In this document: positions 36,782-64,000 of the stretch, piece by piece
Numbering within the stretch: position 1 is the first letter of the stretch
How the letters are laid out: the number at the start of each line of letters is the position of its first letter
Origin: Phaeosaccion multiseriatum
Taxonomy: Eukaryota; Protista; Ochrophyta, other classes
Direction of reading: 5' to 3'
Assembly: GCA_965112735.1 (NCBI GenBank)
Contig: OZ218964.1
Span: 1,240,001 to 1,304,000, forward strand
DNA: 64,000 bases
Program-made: the position numbers and the translations under genes
The notes under the pieces: generated by a model
The model's input: the letters and a program-made list of their open reading frames with translations, nothing else
What the model was told of the DNA's origin: nothing
Databases searched by the model: none

Positions 36782-37375
36782 AGAGAGAGAGAGAGACTGA
36801 GAGAGCGAGACAGAGCAAGAGAGAGAGAGGGAGGGAGAGATGGAGCGATACACAGAGCGAGAGCGCGCGAGAGAGAGAGACTGAGAGAGCGAGACAGAAC
36901 GAGAGAGAGGGAGGGAGGGAGGGAGCAGCAGTGTCGCGTTGGCACGGAAGTGGAACTGTATCACCAACTGCTGCAGCACATCATACATTACAATTGTACA
37001 AAGCGAGGAGACTACTCGTGCGTCAGTCGTGCGTCAGTCGAGGAGACTGCTCGTACGTTCGTGCGTCAGTCGTGCCATCATCACGGGTTGGGCGGTGGTG
37101 AGCCCTTCTTTTCCGCTCTTTGTGGTGCGTGCGGTGGGCAGAAGAGTAGCAGGGCGGCACGCACGCACGCACACACACACAAATCTACCCACGAACTCCG
37201 GCGGGCTCTCGCGAAAGGCTTCGCAACATAATCCATACTATAGCTAGCGAATAAACAAAAGTCGCTTTACCCAAAGAATGTCCGTGGTCTGACCGCATGC
37301 ATTAATTACATTTGAATGCTGTATAATGTTATGTAAGTAAGTAGGTGTTGCTTACATCGCACGTGTACTCTGATC

Positions 37376-51857
<14,482 letters not shown>

Positions 51858-52237
51858 GTTGTCCTCGTCCCACTCCCAAAAGCCGCGTTGGAAGTCTTAG
51901 GGGGACGTTGAGCGCCACAACACCACGCCCTTCCCTTCCCTTGTCCTTTTTTTCGGTTCTTCACTCCCTGCCACCAGGCCTGCCAGCGCACTTGCCTTTG
52001 CTGCTCTTCCTCCTGCCGAAGCCAGTCTTTCCAGCAAGGTCTAAGGCTTTGAGACGCATGACCCTTCAAGCTTTCCACATCACCTCGGCTATCCCCGGCT
52101 TGAGCACAAGATCAGCACAAGGTGACGGTTAGGAGAGTCGAATCCAGCGCCAGGTGTGACCGGCCAATTGAGATTTTGAGTCGGCCGCGCCGTGACGAAT
52201 TCACAGGCGGGCGAGCTTGGCGCCGGTATCGACTACG

Positions 52238-60670
<8,433 letters not shown>

Positions 60671-60998
60671 GATCGATGGGATGGATAATTGAGGTGGGCG
60701 ACGAAAGACTCGACCCCTAACGTGCTCCCGACTTGTGCTTCGGTAGCGATGTTTTATACAGGTGGCCGCCGGTAGCAGGTAGCAGGCGGGCTGACCCCGG
60801 CAGTAGAAGGTAGCAAGGAGCTTAGGGGCGAGGAGAGGAGGGAGGGAGGGAGGGAGGGAGCAGTTGTTGGCGTGCTTCCTTTCCCCCTCGGGCTTGCTCG
60901 GCAAGGGGTGGGAGGGGGGTGACCAAGAGACGAAAGAATCGCCGCAACTACTAAATATATACAGAGGAGCGCAAAGGCAAAGACGGAGGGCATTTGGA

Positions 60999-61031
<33 letters not shown>

Positions 61032-61345
61032 TTTCATTTGCCGTCTCCTCTCCGCTTCCCCACTCAGTCGGTCAGCCAGACTCAGGCTGATCAAGTCACT
61101 CTGCCCTCTTCTCCCCACATTTAGCGACAAAAACCACACACGAGAAGATGGGAAGATCCTTCTGCTTTTGTATCATTCTGCTGGTGCTACTGCTGCTACT
61201 GCTGCTGCTGCTGCCCTGCCCCAAGGGTACTTGAAGTAATCAACCTGCTGCCCTACCCACCCACCAGGCACCGCTACTGCTGCCCTACGGTGCCCGACGC
61301 TCCCCTCCTAGCCCCCAAGCCGCAGCAGACCAATTGATGAAACAG

Positions 61346-61558
61346 GCCCTACCCTCCCAGCGCCTCCCAATGTGCAGCAGTTGGTGGTACAGCTGCCCTA
61401 CCCTCCCAGCGCCTCCCAGTGTGCAGCAGTTGGTGGTACAGCTGCCCTACCCTCCCAGCGCCTCCCAGTGTGCAGCAGTTGGTGGTACAGCTGCCCTACC
61501 CTCCCAGCGCCTCCCAGCGTGCAGCAGTTGGTGGTACAGCTGCCCTACCCTCCCAGCC
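61346..61558. repeat. ~50-bp tandem repeat (x4) that includes the GET4 stop codon
   Basis: Unit CCCTACCCTCCCAGCGCCTCCCAGTGTGCAGCAGTTGGTGGTACAGCTG. Confidence 0.92.
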
Positions 61559-61729
61559 CCAAGCCGCTGAGCATCGTGGCCAGCATGCTCTTGGGTGGCA
61601 CGATGCCAAAGTACCTCTGCCCGATGACCCTGAGGTAGCCCTGCAGCTTGTCGTCCGCCGAGAGTGCCCCCTGGAACCTTTCACACAACTCTTGGAACTC
61701 CGCCCGGGCGTCAAACTCGCACACCTTGT

Positions 61730-61767
<38 letters not shown>

Positions 61768-62479
61768 TGAGAAAGAGAGAGAGAGAGTATGTGTGTGTGT
61801 GAGAGAGAGAGAGAAGGTGAGAGAGAGCGTGTGTGTGAGAGAGACAGAGAGTATGTTTGAGTGTGGGTGCGCCTCCGAACGCCATGCACAAGGGCCCTTC
61901 TTCTTTCCACGACACAGAGCCCCAACATCATCAACCCTGGAGACCCAAGGAAGCCAACGCCCCTCCTGTTGCTTGCCTGCTGTGTGTGGTACCCCCTCCC
62001 CTCCCCTCCCCTCCCCTCCCCTCCCCCTGCTCTTTCTCTTCTCGTGCCCCCCCCCCCACACACTCCCTCGCCTCCTCCCTCACCTCCAGCAAGCAGCCGC
62101 AGAAGAGCATCAGAGCAGGCGCCTTCTTCTTATCCGCCCAATCCTCGCACGCATGGAAGAGCTGCAGGAAGGGAGGAAAAGTGTGAGTGTTAGTGCTGTA
62201 GCCTTGGCCCATATACCTACAGGAGAGAGGGGGGGGGGAGGAGTACAAGTGTGAGTGCTAGTGCTAGTGCTGTGACCCATCCCCACTCACCTTGTTGGCG
62301 TCTCTCATGTTGCGTAGGCACAGGAAGCCCAGGATGCCCCTCACGGCGAGCGCCACCTTCATGCGCCCCTTTGGCTGCCCCTGCCCTGCCCCCGCCGTCT
62401 CCATGAGCTGCACGATTGCTTCTGGAGCCTCTCCTGACACCAGGTACTTAAGGGCCAGCTCAACCTAAGGCGTGGGAGG

Positions 62480-62514
<35 letters not shown>

Positions 62515-63296
62515 GTGTGTGTGTGTGGGGAGGGGGAGGGTAGGGTGGGTGGGAGGGTTGGGCCGCCCACCACGGGTCGAAGGGAGAGCTGTGCGGTAAG
62601 AAGAGAGACTTAGTGGGGGACTTGGCGGATGGATGAGGGCGATCGATTGGTCCATATGGACTCCATGTGAACAGAGTCAGTCAATCACACCTTGTTTCGC
62701 TTCGCCAGACACATGCCGTATGCAAAGTTGAGCTTCGGTTCGCCCTGCACTCTCTCGCCAATCTTTGTGGCCCACTCAACCGCGGCTTTGAGGAACTTGC
62801 TCTGGAAGAACTCGATGGAGGACTCCTCTTCCTCCTCGTCCCCCTTCCCGTTCCCACTGCTCGCCTCCTGCGTGCTCTTCTTCTTCTTCTTCTCCTTCTT
62901 CCCCTCCTCCTCTGCCCCCTCCGCCCCGCCGCCACCGCTGCTACTTGCTCTCGCCTCCAGTGCCTTATCATACATGTCGTTCAGCCGCAGCACCTGCGCC
63001 GTCCTGTCCTCCGTGACGGCGACTTGCCGCTCTCGAAACATGTCCACCATCTGAACGGAGAGCTCCGTGGCGTTCCCCGCAAAGCCCTTGCCAAGAAGCA
63101 CCCCGACCCCCGCCTCCAAGACCGCCGCAGCGTCATCTATCCTCCCCCTCGCCGCCTTCCTGGCCCCTTGCCCTCTGTACAACTGCATTGCTTCATAGTT
63201 GAGCCCAGCGTCCAATTTCTCCGCCACCAGAGCATCGATTCTGCCGCTGCCTTCCGCGCTACGCCTCGAGGACTGACCCGCTCGTATCCGGCTCAT
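61545..63296 (-). CDS. GET4: Golgi-to-ER traffic protein 4 (GET4/TRC35)
   Basis: NYEAMQLYR, FLKAAVEWA...GEPKL, ILGFLCLRNMRDAN, MLFCGCLLE|VC, YLRVIGQRYFGI...MLSGL. Exons ~63296-62691, 62477-62292, 62163-62084, 61725-61545. Confidence 0.85.
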
Positions 63297-63477
63297 CCGC
63301 ACGCCTCTTTAACCTGCAAAGGTGTGAGATATGAGTTAGAGAGGCAGAGAGCTGTGGTGAAAGATATGCTTCCAAATGAAATATGCTTCCAAATGGCGGG
63401 AGGTGCTGGGCGGGCGGGAGGTGCTGGGCGGGCGGGAGAGTGAGTGCTTCCCGCCTTATGCCCTTATCACACTCCTC

Positions 63478-64000
63478 ATGTCTGCTCCCATGGACATCAT
63501 CGACCTTACTGCTGAGGAGGAAGAGGAGGAAGATGGTGTTCCTTCGACCCACCAAGTCAAAAGGCGGAAAGTCTTCGACATGTTCAAGACGAACAAACGA
63601 AGGTTGAGCAGCAGTGGGCGTTGCGAGAGAAGCACAAGCAGAAGCGAGGACCCGCCGCAGCCTCATGAACAACGACGAGTAGTAGCTTCGAGACCACGAA
63701 TGAGCAGCAACAGCAGCAGCAGCACCAGTAGCAGCACCAAAAACACTTGCAGAAGCGAGGATCTGCACCAGGATTATCCGGGGCAGCCTGAAGGAAAGGA
63801 GGGGGGTGAGGGTGAAGCGAGCACACGGGTGTTCGAGTCGTCAGCCTACGTGAGACACCTCGACAATTGCCTGCGCCTGCTGGGCAAGAACTTGACCACC
63901 CTCTTCCTCCCCAGCGAGATGCAGTGGGTCGGCAAGTACGAGGCACTGAGCTTACCAGCCAAGAGCCTCTACATACACCTCTTGCAGCGCAAAGGCCCCT
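63478..64000 (+). CDS. FAN1: Fanconi-associated nuclease 1-like, 5' part (runs off the window; absent from the ORF track)
   Basis: Open frame MSAPMDIIDLT...YVRHLDNCLRLLGKNLTTLFLPSEMQWVGKYEALSLPAKSLYIHLLQRKGP resembles the FAN1 helical domain (LF..E....F..LS..A..LY.RL..RKGPW). Confidence 0.75.
   Translation, partial: MSAPMDIIDLTAEEEEEEDGVPSTHQVKRRKVFDMFKTNKRRLSSSGRCERSTSRSEDPPQPHEQRRVVASRPRMSSNSSSSTSSSTKNTCRSEDLHQDYPGQPEGKEGGEGEASTRVFESSAYVRHLDNCLRLLGKNLTTLFLPSEMQWVGKYEALSLPAKSLYIHLLQRKGP

Overview
Eukaryotic nuclear DNA, most consistent with a photosynthetic stramenopile (ochrophyte): GT-AG/GC-AG introns, GC-rich exons and a signal peptide+F-motif plastid presequence. Most ORFs in the supplied track are artefacts of simple repeats. 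Reading exons by hand gives 13 protein genes: RECQ1-like helicase (3'-partial), galactokinase, TAF13, RPL5, LRRC34-like, a plastid-targeted JmjC/RIOX-like oxygenase, an intronless TEY MAP kinase, a membrane-anchored truncated haemoglobin, a sulfotransferase, a large EF-hand+LRR protein, SMARCAD1/Fun30, GET4 and FAN1 (3'-partial). Genes often sit head-to-head with tiny spacers, while introns are filled with micro/minisatellites. These follow a polarity rule: G-rich words after the donor and their C-rich reverse complements before the acceptor. Accessory DNA includes a 5'-truncated RLE non-LTR retroelement capped by a ~340-bp fold-back and three MITEs sharing TCGG termini and 6-bp target duplications. 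There is also a decayed AT-rich topoisomerase II fragment (possibly giant-virus derived), an ankyrin pseudogene, and a head-to-tail dimer of a ~2-kb non-coding element with asymmetric inverted repeats and a GCGAAGC hairpin (rolling-circle-like). All gene models are by-eye reconstructions; no database searches were run.
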